Shown piece after piece: positions 25,550-38,380 of a stretch of DNA of 64,000 bases. Source of the stretch: Heterodontus francisci (lineage: Eukaryota); assembly GCF_036365525.1 (NCBI RefSeq), contig NC_090418.1:10788856-10852855 (forward strand). The letters are read 5' to 3'. The position numbers and the translations under genes were made by a program. Position 1 is the first letter of the stretch. The number at the start of each line of letters is the position of its first letter. The notes beneath the pieces are model-generated. The model saw only the letters and a program-made list of their open reading frames with translations, was not told where the DNA came from and did no database searches.

Positions 25550-25985
25550 ATTCAAGCCATACAGCACAGAAACAGGCCCTTCAGCCCATCATGTCTGGGC
25601 CAGCCATCAGGCACCTAACTATTCTAGTCCCAATTTCCAGTACTTGGCCCATCACCTTGTAGGTCATCCAGTGCTCATCTAAATAGTTCAATGTTGAGGG
25701 TACCTGCCTCGACCATCCCTTCAGGCAGTGTATTCCAGATTCTAACCACCCTCTGGGTTGAAAATATAGTACCTCAAATGCCCTCACCTTAAATCTAGGC
25801 CCCCTGGTTATTGACCCCTCCACCAAGGGAAAATAAGTTCCCTCCTATCTAACCTATCAACGCCCCTCAATGTTGTAGACCTCAATCATGGTCCCCCTCA
25901 TCCTTCTCTGCTCCAAGAGAAACAACCCTAGCCTCAGTCTCTTCATAGCTGAAATGCTCCAGCCCAGGCAACATCCTGGTGAATT
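25550..25985 (-). mobile_element. CR1 3' end fragment
   Basis: TRMLPG-type coding remnant plus 3' UTR ggcctgtttctgtgctgta. Confidence 0.8.
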
Positions 25986-26108
25986 AGACCAACTGCCACT
26001 AAGATTCAGGAAGCAGAGTTCTGTACATATATAGAGCTATTCCAGATGGAGGACAGAGACAAATCAGCTGCAAGATACAAGTAATCACTTTTATTGATCA
26101 TTTGATAA

Positions 26109-28972
26109 CTAGTTGATTAGAGTTTGCTTGTGTTTCCTGTACAGGAACAAGGCTATCAATGAAGCAGAGATCAGACAGACAGCTGTCACAGTCAGGGCCA
26201 CAATCAGAACCACCTCAGACTCCACACCTACAAAGCAATGAGAAACCAATGGTTAGTGAAGGAAACACTGAAGGGAAAATGGAAACTAACAGTCAGCCAA
26301 CTCACCACCTGGAGACCTCTCCTGCAGCCTTGGCTCAACCTCATTCAGGGACTCTGTTGCCAGGTCAGTCACCTCAGTATCCAAAATGACCAGGGGTCCA
26401 AGTGAGGCCTCACCCTCCCACTTCAATCCAGCTTCACTCTCTGCAATATCAAACATGCCAGTTAGTGGGGATAAAGGGAAATCTCCCACATCTCAAGGAT
26501 CAATGTCTTACCAGCTTCAGGTAAGAGATCCCTCCTGCCTCTGGAAGAAAATTGGAACTCCCTTGTCACACCACAGTTACCCACATGGCAACAGGCACAA
26601 GTGTCATTGTTGGATTCCTCCAATGGGGTCCAACTAAACGAGAGAGAAACAGCTGATCAACCAGGTTGTGCATCACCTTTTCTCCTCACTAGAAAATTCT
26701 AGTGTGGGAACTTACACATTCTGCATCTTCTGGAAAGTACAAGCTTTGTTCATGGAATCTCTCCGATCCACTGGAGCAACTTTCAGGTGACAGGTGATGA
26801 AAATCTGACAGATAAATTCAACACAAGTCATTAATTTAGTGACTCCCTCCCAATGTGGAGACCCCAATGATCAGCTTCCTCTTACCAAGGAACGGTCATC
26901 TCCAAAGAAGCGGAAAGCATCCAGGTCAAACCGGAGCTTGTCCAGCTCACGCTCGTCTCTTGGCAACACGAAGGTTGAAAAGGAGTCCTCAGCTTTGCTG
27001 TCCAGGAGGCAACTGGAGAAAGATTCAAAAAGGGACATAAAGTGAATCAAGTGAAGCCATTGAGATAGGAGCAGCTGGAGAAAGCAGAGAGCTCCTTACC
27101 CATTGTAGTCAATGATGCTGTATCTCGGGGTGGAATCCTTGTCTGGGCTCAATGTAGCTACACAGCGGTCAATGTAGAGCTTCAGGGGCATGTGGTTGGT
27201 CATTGAAACAGAGGCCTCAATGTGAATGAGGTCACCCAGGTAGTAGACAGTCGAGGTGCGCTCTGTAAGCCAGTCATCTGAAGTACAAGAGGACAAGGGT
27301 TGGAGACAGTGGGTACAACTCCCAGTGGGTGAGTACAGGAAATCACTCCCCATCCACCCATCACATACCATTCATGAGGCGCAGTGAGAATGACAGATGC
27401 CCTTCTCCAGACTTGGTGGAGCTGAATGGGATCCAGGTGGGCTTGATGGGGTTACTGCTCACATTGCCCTTCCTGGAAGGATAGGAGAGTTATGCTAGGA
27501 TAACATCAGAACTTGAATTAGATTGAAAACTAAATTCACTCAACTTACCTAAAATAATGACACTCAATGGGAATGACAGCTCCATTTGTTCTCACAATGA
27601 CAGATCCATGATACTGGGGGGTGTGGTTCAGGTGGGTGGTGTAGACCAGGAAATCTCCAGCCATCTGAAAGATATCAGGGAAAGGAATTGAAGATCATTC
27701 TGCTCAGTGAAAGGAAATAAGTCCTACAGGGAATGTCAGGGTAGATGCTGGGGGGTTCCATTTTCCCTAGTTGGAGTGGCTAGACTAGGTCAGTGTCAGG
27801 CAAGGGGTCAAAGAAATTTCTTCAGCAGGTTGAAAACTTCTGGCATCTTTCCAACCTTGTGGAATTTTATGCTCAGCTGTTGTATGTATTAAAGACAGGC
27901 AGGTTTTGGGGCAAAGGGAATCAAGGGACATGGAGATTGGGTGGAAAAGCATAGTTAGTGTCAAAAAATTACCTCAGATGTTATTGAATGGCCAAGCATG
28001 CTCCAGGGGCCGAGCACCAACTCCCCCCAATCTGCTTACAGTCTCAACAGTTTAAGTAAAGAGATTACAAACAAAAATTGAGTGACTCATGAAAGAACAG
28101 TTTCATTTTAAGTCAAAATCAAATTGATACAACAAATCAGTTTCATAATTTAATCCAAGCATGTTTGTATTTTGACAGGGAAATTAGGAAAATTAGAGTG
28201 TCCCTTTCATGCACGAACTCAGTTCTTATTCCATTTCCCATCTTTAACACAGCTATTAGAATTGAATATACTAACAAAAGTTGAATAAACCAGATGAGGG
28301 GCAATAACTGAAAATCCACAAGACATATACAAAAGAAAAACATGGAAATAGCAAGTGGAAACAACCCCATTCATCTTGAAATCAAGTTGGTAGAGAATAG
28401 AGGACACCAGATAAAACAAAGGTACACTGCACAGTTGAAATTAAGATTAAGGATTTAAAAAGCAGGAGACAGACATCACCTCTCCATCAATAACATTTCA
28501 CCAAGTGTTGGAAAGGGTGGGTAGATTGTTCCCCACCAAGCTTAGAACAAGAGTCAATGACTCACATTACCTGCAATCTGCTGCCACACTCATGGAGCCC
28601 ATAGTCAAAGAGGACAGTGTGGTTCTGAGAGTAGATCCTGGTCGGCTGACAACCTGCTGTCCCCAGGGTCAGGTCAGCAGCTTTAATCAGGTGCCTGGTT
28701 CCAAATAAATCCATCTGGACCCTGACCAGCAGGTTCTGCTCTCCACACTGCACCGTCACAGTCTGCAGTGGAGACACACTTCGACCCTCAGACACACGGA
28801 AATGGGAACCAAAGGGAGACCCAGTTGGAGGGACTCTCTGAGGCACAGGGGTGGCTTTTACTCTTCCCCATGGAAACCTCTGGTCTCGAAACTGTTGCCA
28901 AGTATCAGAGCAACAGACAACTCCAACTAACACCAGCACTGGGAACAAACCCCTCATTACAAAATCCCCCAT
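26109..28972 (-). CDS. zp3: ZP3-like copy 2, 9 exons, 463 aa
   Basis: Exons 28972-28571, 27664-27549, 27472-27369, 27277-27100, 27012-26886, 26804-26716, 26633-26512, 26440-26306, 26227-26109. GT-AG throughout, same exon sizes as copy 1, AATAAA just after the stop. Confidence 0.93.
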
Positions 28973-29220
28973 GATACCAAACAACTCAACCATCCCTTCA
29001 CCCACCAACCAGCTCCTTTTATACACACAACCTGCAGTCACCTGACACCAATGATCCCAGAAGCAGCAACATTGAGCCAATTAACCAGCCCCAATCTCCA
29101 CAATTTACACCCAATGACAGAACTCATGGATTTATTGCCAGGAGGGCCTATTTTATTTGGACCAATAGGAGTGACTCTGAGTTTCTCCAGTGTCACCTGA
29201 CAGATGTCAGCTCCACAACT
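28973..29220 (-). promoter_or_regulatory. ZP3 copy 2 promoter (type A)
   Basis: TATAAAA at 29023-29017, proximal E-box and CCAAT boxes, tandem E-boxes at 29194-29206. Confidence 0.7.
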
Positions 29221-29389
29221 TCTCATTTTAAGGGAACCATTAATAATTCTAACGTGGCTTTGTTAATGATTCATGAAGGTGACATAACTTAGTTCCCCAG
29301 TGTCATCAATAGAGGAACAAATTTCCATCTGGTCCCCTCTTTAAAGGAACGCAAACAAGACAGAAGAAAACTCAAAATGCTAAATTATA

Positions 29390-29722
29390 ATATTATTACT
29401 GGTGTCGATTAGCCTCTCGAGTGGACCAGTGGGGCACTACATGCCCCATCTCCAGGGGCACCAAGGCACAACCAGGACCACAAAGGAGAGTCAGTGAGCC
29501 AGAGAAACACCAACCCTGAGACAGTCAATCGATGGTTACGTTTGGCCCAGGAGCAGAGTCATGAGATGTTCTGCGAGCTTGCCTGACGCTGCTCTGTACC
29601 GAGAGGCCAAAGGTCAGGGGTGTGGGCCTGGTGTCGAGCCACAGGCGAGGAGCATCTCCCTTAAAGAGTAATATAGGGGTTTCCTCAGGTTCCCCACAGG
29701 TCACCGAAGCTTCACGCAGTGT
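29390..29722 (+). repeat. Non-coding block paralogous to 62528-62970 and 54155-54606 (inverted)
   Basis: Shared motifs tattact.gtgtc, gcccag..gcagagtca.gaga, cccttaaagagtaatata.ggg, ccacag.tcaccgaagcttcac. Confidence 0.7.
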
Positions 29723-29729
29723 AAGGTGA

Positions 29730-32700
29730 TGTTAACATAGTGCTGATATCACTGAACTAGTAATCCAGAGATCCGGACTAATCCTTATGACATGACTTTG
29801 AATCCTACCTTGGGTGTCCTCAGCATTGACACCAAACCCCATGAAGTGTCCATGGCATCAGGCCAAACATGGGCAAGGAAATGTCCTGCTTATTACCAAC
29901 TACTGCCCTCCCCTCAGCTGATGAATCACTACTCCTCCATGTTGGACACCACTTGGAAAAAGCACTGAATATACTCAGGGCGAGAGACATCACTGTCCAT
30001 CACCAAGAGTGGCTCAGTAACATCACTACTGACCAAGCTGGCCGAGTCCTGAAGGACATATCTGCCAGATTAAGCCCGCAGCAGGTGGTGAGAAGCAATA
30101 AGAGGGAAAAACCTACTTGACCTTGTCCTCACCAATCTATCTATTGCAGATGCATCTGTCCATGATTGTATTGGTAGGAGTGACCACCGCACAGTCCTTG
30201 TGGAGATGAAGTCCTGTCTTCACACTGAGGATACCCTCCATCGTGTTGTGTGGAAGTACCACAGTGCTAAATGGGATAGATTTAGAACAGACCTTGCACC
30301 TCAAAACTGGGCATCCTTGAGATACTGTGGACCATCATCAGCAGCAGAATTTTATTCAACCACAATCTGTAAACTCATGGGCCGGCATATCCCCCACTCT
30401 AACATTACCATCTAGTTGGGGGACCAACTAGGATGGTTGGAGCAGCACCAGACATACCTAAAAATGAGGTGCCAACCTGGTCAAGCTACAACACAGGGCT
30501 ACGTACATGCTAAACAGCAGAAGCAGCATGCTACAGACTGAGCAAAGCAATCCCGCAACCAACGGATCAGATCTAAGCTCTGCAGCCTTGCCACATCCAA
30601 TCGTGAATGGTGGTGGAGAATTAAACAACTAAGAGGAGGAGAAGGCTCCAAAAACATCTCCATCCTCAATGATGGCGGAGCCCAGCACACCAATGCAAAA
30701 GAAAAGTCTAAAGCATTTGCAACCATCTTCAGCCAGCAATGCAGAGTGGAGGATCCATCTCGGCCTCCTCCTGATGTCACAGATACCAGTCTTCAGAAAA
30801 ATCGATTCCCTCCGCGTGATCTCGAGAAATAGCTGAAGGCACTGGATACAGCAAAAGCTATGGGCCCTGACAACATCCCAGCTGCAGTGCTGAAGATTTG
30901 TGCTCCAGAACTAGCCACACCCTTAGCCAAGCTCTTCCAGTACAGCTACAACACAGGAGCCTACCCATAGAATGGTTACAGCACAGAAGGAGGCCATTTG
31001 GCCCATCGTCTCAATGCCAGCTCTCTGCAAGAGCACTCAGCAAGTCCACTCTCCCACCTGTTAGCTGTAGCCCTGCAGTTTTGTTCTATTTAGATAATTA
31101 TCCAATCCCTTTTGAAAGCCATGATTGAATTTAGAACATAGAACATAGAAAAATACAGCACAGAACAGGCCCTTCGGCCCACGATGTTGTGCCGATCCTT
31201 TGTCCTCTGTCAAGGACAATTTAATCTATACCCCATCATTCTCCTTTATCCATATACCTATCTAAAAGCCGTTTGAAAGTCCCTAAAGTTTCTGACTCAA
31301 CAACTTCCCCAGGCAAGGCATTCCATGCCCCGACCACTCTCTGGGTAAAGAACCTTCCCCTGACATCCCCCTTATATCTCCCACCCTTCACCTTAAATTT
31401 ATGACCCCTTGTAACGCTTTGCTCCACCCGGGGAAAAAGTTTCTGACTGTCTACCCTATCTATTCCCCTGATCATCTTATAAACCTCTATCATGTCACCC
31501 CTCATCCTTCTCCGTTCTAATGAGAAGAGGCCTAGAATGTTCAGCCTTTCCTCGTAAGACTTATTCTCCATTCCAGGCAACATCCTGGTAAATCTCCTCT
31601 GCACCCTCTCCAAGGCTTCCACATCCTTCCTAAAATGAGGCGACCAGAACTGCACACAGTACTCCAAATGAGGCCTTACCAAGGTCCTGTACAGCTGCAT
31701 CATCACCTCACGGCTCTTAAATTCAATCCCTCTGCTAATGAACGCTAACACCCCATATGCCTTCTTCACAGCCCTATCCACTTGAGTTGCAACCTTCAAC
31801 GATCTATGCACATAGACCCCAAGGTCTCTCTGCTCCTCCACATGCCCAAGAACCCTACCGTTAACCCAGTATTTTGCATTCGTGTTTGTCCTTCCAAAAT
31901 GGACGACCTCACACTTTTCAGGGTTAAACTCCATCTGCCACTTTTCAGCCCAGCACTGCAACCTATCCAAGTCCCTTTGCAGACGACAATAGCCCTCCTC
32001 GGTATCCACAACTCCACCAACCTTTGTATCATCTGCAAATTTACTGACCCACCCTTCGACTTCCTCATCTAAGTCGTTAATAAAAATCACAAACAGGAGA
32101 GGACCCAGAACTGATCCCTGTGGCACGCCACTGGTAACTGGGCTCCAGGCTGAGTATTTACCATCTAAGACCACTCTCTGCCTTCTATCAGTTAGCCAAT
32201 TCTTAATCCAACTGGCCACATTCCCCACTATCCCATGCCTCCTGACTTTCTCCATAAGTCTACCATGGGGGACCTTATCAAATGCCTTACTAAAATCCAT
32301 GTACACCACATCCACTGGTTTACCCTCATCCACTTGCTTGGTCACCTGCTCAAAGAATTCAATCAGACTTGTGAGGCAAGACCTACCCCTCACAAAACCG
32401 TGCTGACTGTCCCGAATCAAGCAGTGTCTTTCCAGATGCTCAGAAATCCTATCCCTCAGCACCTTTTCCATCAACTTGCCTACCACCGAAGTAAGACTAA
32501 CTGGCCTGTAATTCCCAGGGTTGTTTCTATTCCCTTTCTTGAACAGGGGCACAACATTTGCCACCCTCCAATCACCTGGTACCACCCCCGTCAACAGAGA
32601 AGATGAAAAGATCATTGCCAGCGGCTCTGCAATTTCATCCCTTGCTTCCCATAACATCCTTGGATATACCCCGTCAGGGGTATTTGTCTCCACCTCACTC

Positions 32701-34182
32701 TCAGGCAGTGCATTATAGATCATGAGACCAGAAGAAATAGGAGCAGGAGTAGGCCATTCGGCCCTGACACTGCAGAAAATTGTCCAGGTATGTCCTGTTC
32801 ACAAAAAGCAGGACAAATCCAATCCGGCCAATTACCACCCCATCGGTCTGCTCTCAACCATCAGCAAAGTGATAGAAGGTGTCATCGACAGTGCTATCAA
32901 GCGGCACTTACTCAGCAGCAACATACACACCGATGCTGAGTTAGGGCCATTCAGTTCCAGACCTCAATGAAGCCTTGGTCCAGAGATGGACAAAAGAGCT
33001 GAATTCCAGAGGTGAGGTGAGAATAACTGCCCTTGACATCAAGGCAGCATTTGGCTGTGTGTGGCATCAAGGGGCCCTAGCAAAATGGAAGTCAATGGGA
33101 ATCAGGAAGAAAAATTTCCACTGGTTAAAGTCACACCAGGCAGAAAGGAAGATGGTTGTGTTTATTGGAGGCCAATCGTCTTAGCCCCAGGACATCACTG
33201 CAGGTGTTCCTCAGGGTAGTGTCCTAGGCCCAACCATCTTCAGCTGCTTCATCAATGACCTACCCTCCAACATAAGGTCAGAAGTAAGGGTGTTTGCTGA
33301 TGATTGTTTAGTGTTCAGTCCCATTCATAACTTCTCTGATACTGAAAGAGTCCGTGCCCACATGGAGAAAGAACTGGACAACATTCAGGCTTAGGCTGCT
33401 AAGTGGCAAGTAATATCCATGCCACACAAGTGCCAGACAATGATCATCTCAACAAGAGAGAATCTAACCATCTCCCCTCGATGTTCAATGGCATTGCCAT
33501 TGCTGAATCCCCCACAATCAACATCCTGGGGCTCGCCATTGACCAGAAACTGAACTGGACCAGCCACATAAATACTGTGGAAACCAAAGACGGTCAGAGG
33601 CTGGGAATTCTGCGGCAAGTAGCTCACCTCCTGACTCCGCAAACCCTGTCCATCACCTACAAGACATAAGTCAGGAGTGTGATGGAATACTCTCCACTTG
33701 CCTGGATGAGTGCATTTGAAACAACACTCAACACCATCCAGGACAAAGCAGCCCATTTGATCAGCACCCAATCCCTCACCATAAACATGCAATCCCTCCA
33801 TCACTGATAGACAGTGACAGCAGTGTGTACCATCTACAAGATGCAGCAACTTACTAAGGCTCTTTCACTAGCACCTTCCAAACTCGTGACCTCTACCACC
33901 GAGAAGGACAAGGGCAGCATATGGATGGGAACAGCAGCATCTGCAAGTTCCCCTCCAAGCCACACACCATCCTGACTTGGAACTATATCGCCGTTCCTTC
34001 ACTGTTGTTGGGTCAAAATCCTGGAACTCCCTTCCTAACAGCACTGTGGGTGTACCTACCTCACATGGACTGCAGCAGTTCAAGAAGGCAGCTCACCACC
34101 ACCTTCTCAAGGGCAATTAGGAATGGGCAGTAAATGCTGGCCTGGCCAGCGACACACACATCCCATGAATGAATATAAAAAA
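29730..34182 (+). mobile_element. Near full-length decayed LINE (APE-RT; clade uncertain, CR1/L2 group or RTEX-like), interrupted by nested CR1s at about 30965-32763
   Basis: GRSDH, HRVVWKY, GPDNIP, SNPANYHPIGLLS, ALDIKAAFGCVWH, GVPQGSVLGP, FADD, VMEYSPLAW traces; 3' end cacatcccatgaatgaatataaaaaa; degenerate tRNA-like head at 29735-29810. Confidence 0.85.
31131..32677 (-). mobile_element. Young CR1 LINE, 5'-truncated, with uninterrupted ORF2 RT segment
   Basis: About 480 open codons (NYRPVSLTS, QHGF, DFSKAFDKVPH, GVPQGSVLGP, KFADD) and a (TTCTATG)n tail; nested within an older CR1 3' end. Confidence 0.95.
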
Positions 34183-34244
34183 AATTACACTCTCTGTCAA
34201 ACCTGTGCTGTATCTGTCTTGGGAGTGTTTGATGGGGACAGTGT

Positions 34245-34600
34245 AATTTTTTAGTTTTAGTTTTTTAGTTTTTAGTTTTAGAGATACAGCACTGAAACAG
34301 GCCCTTCGGCCCACCGAGTCTGTGCCGACCATCAACCACCTATTTATACTAATCCTACACTAATTCCATATTCCTACCACATCCCCACCTGTCCCTATAT
34401 TTCCCTACCACTTACCTATACTCGGGGCAATTTATAATGGCCAATTTACCTATCAACCTGCAAGTCTTTGGCATGTGGGAGGAAACCCACGCAGACACAG
34501 GGAGAACTTGCAAACTCCATACAGGAAGTACCCAGAATTGAACCCGGGTCGCTAGAGCTGTGAGGCTGCGGTGCGAACCACTGCACCACTGTGCCACCCA
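34245..34600 (-). mobile_element. HE1-like tRNA-derived V-SINE
   Basis: A box TGGTGCAGTGG, B box GGTTCAATTC, V-domain GGAGTTTGCAAGTTCTCCCTGTGTCTGCGTGGGTTTCCTC, CR1-like 3' end and (AAAACT)n tail. Confidence 0.88.
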
Positions 34601-34601
34601 T

Positions 34602-35620
34602 TGTAGAGTGTAGGGGAGCTTTACTCTGTATCTAACCCTATGCTGTACCTGTCCTGGGAGTGTTTGATGGGGACAATGTAGAGGGAGCTTTACTCTGTAT
34701 CTAACCCTATGCTGTACCTGTCCTGGGAGTGTTTGATGGGGACAGTGTAGAGGGAACTTTACTCTGTATCTAACCCCGTTTTTTTTTCGTGTTTGATGGG
34801 GACAGTGTCGTGGGAGCTTTACTCTGTATCTAACCCCGTGCTGTACCTGTCCTGGGAGTGTTTGATGGGGACAGTGTAGAGGGAGCTTTACTCTGTATCT
34901 AACCCCGTGCTGTACCTGTCCTGGGAGTGTTTGATGGGGACAGTGTAGAGGGAACTTTACTCTGTATCTAACCCCGTGCTGTATCTGTCCTGGGAGTGTT
35001 TGATGTGAACAGTGTAGAGGGAGCTTTACTCTGTATCTAACCCTGTGCTGTACCTGTTGTGGGAGTGTTTGATGGGGACAGTGTAGAGGGAGCTTTACTC
35101 TGTATCTAACCCCGTGCTGTACCTGTCCTGGGGGTGTTTGATGGGGACAGTGTAGAGGGAGCTTTACTCTGTATCTAACCCCGTGCTGTACCTGTTGTGG
35201 GAGTGTTTGATGGGGACAGTGTAGAGGGAGCTTTACTCTGTATCTAACCCCGTGCTGTACCTGTCCTGGGAGTGTTTGATGGGGACAGTGTAGAGGGAGC
35301 TTTACTCTGTATCTAACCCCGTGCTGTACCTGTCCTGGGAGTGTTTGATGGGGACAGTGTAGAGGGAGCTTTACTCTGTATCTAACCCTGTGCTGTACCT
35401 GTTGTGGGAGTGTTTGATGGGGACAGTGTAGAGGGAGCTTTACTCTGTATCTAACCCCGTGCTGTACCTGTCCTGGGAGTGTTTGATGGGGACAGTGTAG
35501 AGGGAGCTTTACTCTGTATCTAACCCCCGTGCTGTACCTGTCCTGGGAGTGTTTGATGGGGACAGTGTAGAGGGAGCTTTACTCTGTATCTAACCCCGTG
35601 CTGTACCTGTCCTGGGAGTG
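34602..35620 (+). repeat. 69-bp tandem satellite, about 15 units
   Basis: Unit gtgtagagggagctttactctgtatctaaccccgtgctgtacctgtcctgggagtgtttgatggggaca repeated head-to-tail with no spacers. Confidence 0.95.
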
Positions 35621-36242
35621 GTTCATTTTGACACTCCAGCTCCAATTGGAACGTGTCATTCTCCAACACTGAGGTCCCTCACGTCGACAAGAATAAAATT
35701 TATATTAAGAAGGTTGAATAAACTCTCGCTCTGAGTGGACATGTTTTAATGAATAATGCAAGATATTTATCACTAATATGTATTTGGGAATTGCCCCATG
35801 TTTCCGAGGAGAGAACCACACATCTCCAAGTGAGGTCCAGCACAGCTTGGGAGGTGGGGTGCGGGGGGAAAGAATCCGAGAGCTCCTTCTTTCTGGGTCC
35901 ACGTCCCTTTCTCTGCCGACAGTGTTACACCAGTTCAGCTGTGCACCCTAGAAAACCATTACACAGACACGATTGATTTTATTTATCGATGCTCTTGCAC
36001 GCACATTAAGTCAGCAAGTCGGAAATGTTTATCCTGCCCCCACCACTGTCCCAGCTCCCACTCCCCCAAGTACCCCCCTCCCCATCACCACTCTACAATT
36101 TGAGGAAACTTTTTGGGTTTTGCCCAACTGTTGTCTTCTGAAGGTTTGTTATCTTCCACTCGGATGCAGCCACTTTGCGAAGAGAAAGATAATCGTTGGT
36201 GTGAATGCAATTAGTTGGCTTTTCTGACCATCTCGATCACTG

Positions 36243-38380
36243 GTTAATGAGAAGGTTGATGAAGGGAATGCAATGAATGTTGTCGAGATGGATTTTAAGA
36301 AAGCATTTGATAAAGTACCACATAAAAGGCTGATTAACATGGCATAGGAGGGTCAGTGTCAGCTTGAATAAAAATTGGCTTTAGAACAGAAAACAGCAAG
36401 TTGAGTCACACGGTTGTTTTTCGGACTGGAGGATGGTGGACAGTGGTGTTCCCTAACATTCAGTGTGAGGATCACTGCATTTTTGATATATGTTGACGTG
36501 ACTCAGATTACAATACAGAGTAAAATTTCAAAGTTTGCCGATGATAGCAAACTTGGCGGTATGGTGCAGTGAGGGACGATGCCAATCGATTGCTACAGGA
36601 CATAGATAGGCTAGTGGAATGGTCAGATAAGTGGCAGATGGAATATGATAGGGAAGTGTGAGGTGATGCATTTTGGCAGAAGCGATAGAGAGATAATATA
36701 GTCTAAATGGCAGAGTTCAAAAGATAGAGGGATCTGGGGTTTCATTTGTATAGATCTTTGAAGGTGGCAGGACATATTGAGTAAATAATTAGCAAAACGT
36801 ATGGGAGCTTGGGCTTCATTAATACATGCCATGGTCACAGAGGGAATGGTGATGAAATATGAAATGAACTGGAGGAATAATGAAATAAATGTAAACTGTT
36901 GAACTAAGCTACAGGAAAATGGACACTACTACCTGGCAACATGGAGGGGAGTCATGTGATCCACTCCTGTACTGTCAATAAACATGTTTATCTGTTGAAG
37001 GTGGCACCACTATTAACGTCTGGAATCGCCTTGAGGAGGCACATCGATATGTAAAACAGCCCATTCCACATTAATGATTCCTACTGTCAAAAATTGGGCG
37101 AGCAAAGACTTTTGCAGACAGACTGACTCCAAAGCCAAGGCCAAGATAATAGGTGTGAAATAACACCTATTGGACCACATATTATGTAACAATGGTCCCC
37201 ACATCCTGGGACATTGCATGAACACCCCAGGGGAGACCATCTTGAATCACCTGACTGAAACCAAAACCTGATACTTATTTTAAGGTTACAAAAGTAACTT
37301 CTGAGAGGAGACAGAAAGCCATTCCAGCCAGAGCTGCTGCAAGGTCAAGCTTGCTAAACAAGGAGTCCTGCCAGCACCATCTTTCAGTTACTGAGGCAAA
37401 GAGATTGCAAAGTAACCTTAAAAACTCCCCATCTGAGAAATTGAACCAGGACTTCCACCATGAACTTCAGACTGAATTTTAACCAAAGGAGTCTCCAGCA
37501 TTTCTTCAATTTCAAGATGAGTAATTTCCAGGTCTGCAATGTTGTTAAATATTCCACCTGGAAAAATCAAGGTTTAAAAGTGAACTCTCTTTACAATAAT
37601 TGGACTTTAATTACATCCCACTCAACTTTTGGTGTGTGCACGCCTGTGTGTGAATGTGCAAGTGGGTGAGGTTGTGAACATTTTTGGGTATTGTTAAATA
37701 GATAACATTGCTTTAAAACCTACAAGAAAACCTGTCATGTCTGTTTTTGATCCTAAACACTTTTCTAAAAATACTGCCATTGGTTGATGGTGAAAGTGGC
37801 AGGCACCCACACCACCTGTCTAACAGGGCATTGAGTACAAAAATCAGGGAAGTTATGCTGAGCCTTTATAAAGCTCTGGTTAAGCCACAACTAGAATACT
37901 GCATTCATGTCTGGTCACCACACTTTAGGAAAGATGAGAGGGAATCTTGAGGGGTACAAAGGAGATTTACCAAAATGGTTCCAAGAATGAGGAATTTTAG
38001 CTACAAGATTAGGTTAGAGAAGCTAGGGTTGTTCTCAGAGCAAAGGAGGTTGAGGGAAATTTGATAGAGGTGTACAAGCTGATGACGACAGGATTAGATA
38101 AGGTAAACAAAGAAAAGCTGATGGTAGAAGGACTAGGAGTCACAGATTTAAAGGCTTTTGGCAGGAGATGCAGGGGCTGTGAGTAAGACTTTCTTCTGAT
38201 AACAGAGTTGGAGTGACCTGCAACATGTAGCCAAAAGGTAGTGGAAGCAGAGAACAGTAATGATTCCAAAATGAAACCGGTTGGGCGTTTGAGGAAAAAC
38301 AAACGCAGGGCTCGGGTGGAGAAATGAGACTGATCCGATTGAGAACCAGCATGGGCAAAGTAACCTTCTGTGAAGTCATG
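36243..38380 (+). mobile_element. Old CR1 RT/3' fragment (36243-36825 and 37825-38380) split by a 1-kb insertion
   Basis: DFKKAFDKVPH and KFADD before the insert; REVMLSLYKALVKPQLEYC..WSPHFRKD after it. Confidence 0.8.
36826..37824. mobile_element. 1-kb insertion, possible solo LTR
   Basis: Interrupts otherwise continuous CR1 sequence, has TG...CA ends, and is non-coding. No clear TSD. Confidence 0.4.

Noticed and set aside
34602-35620. Regular repeat array resembling CRISPR
   Set aside because: Units are contiguous 69-mers with no unique spacers, there are no cas genes, and the context is eukaryotic.
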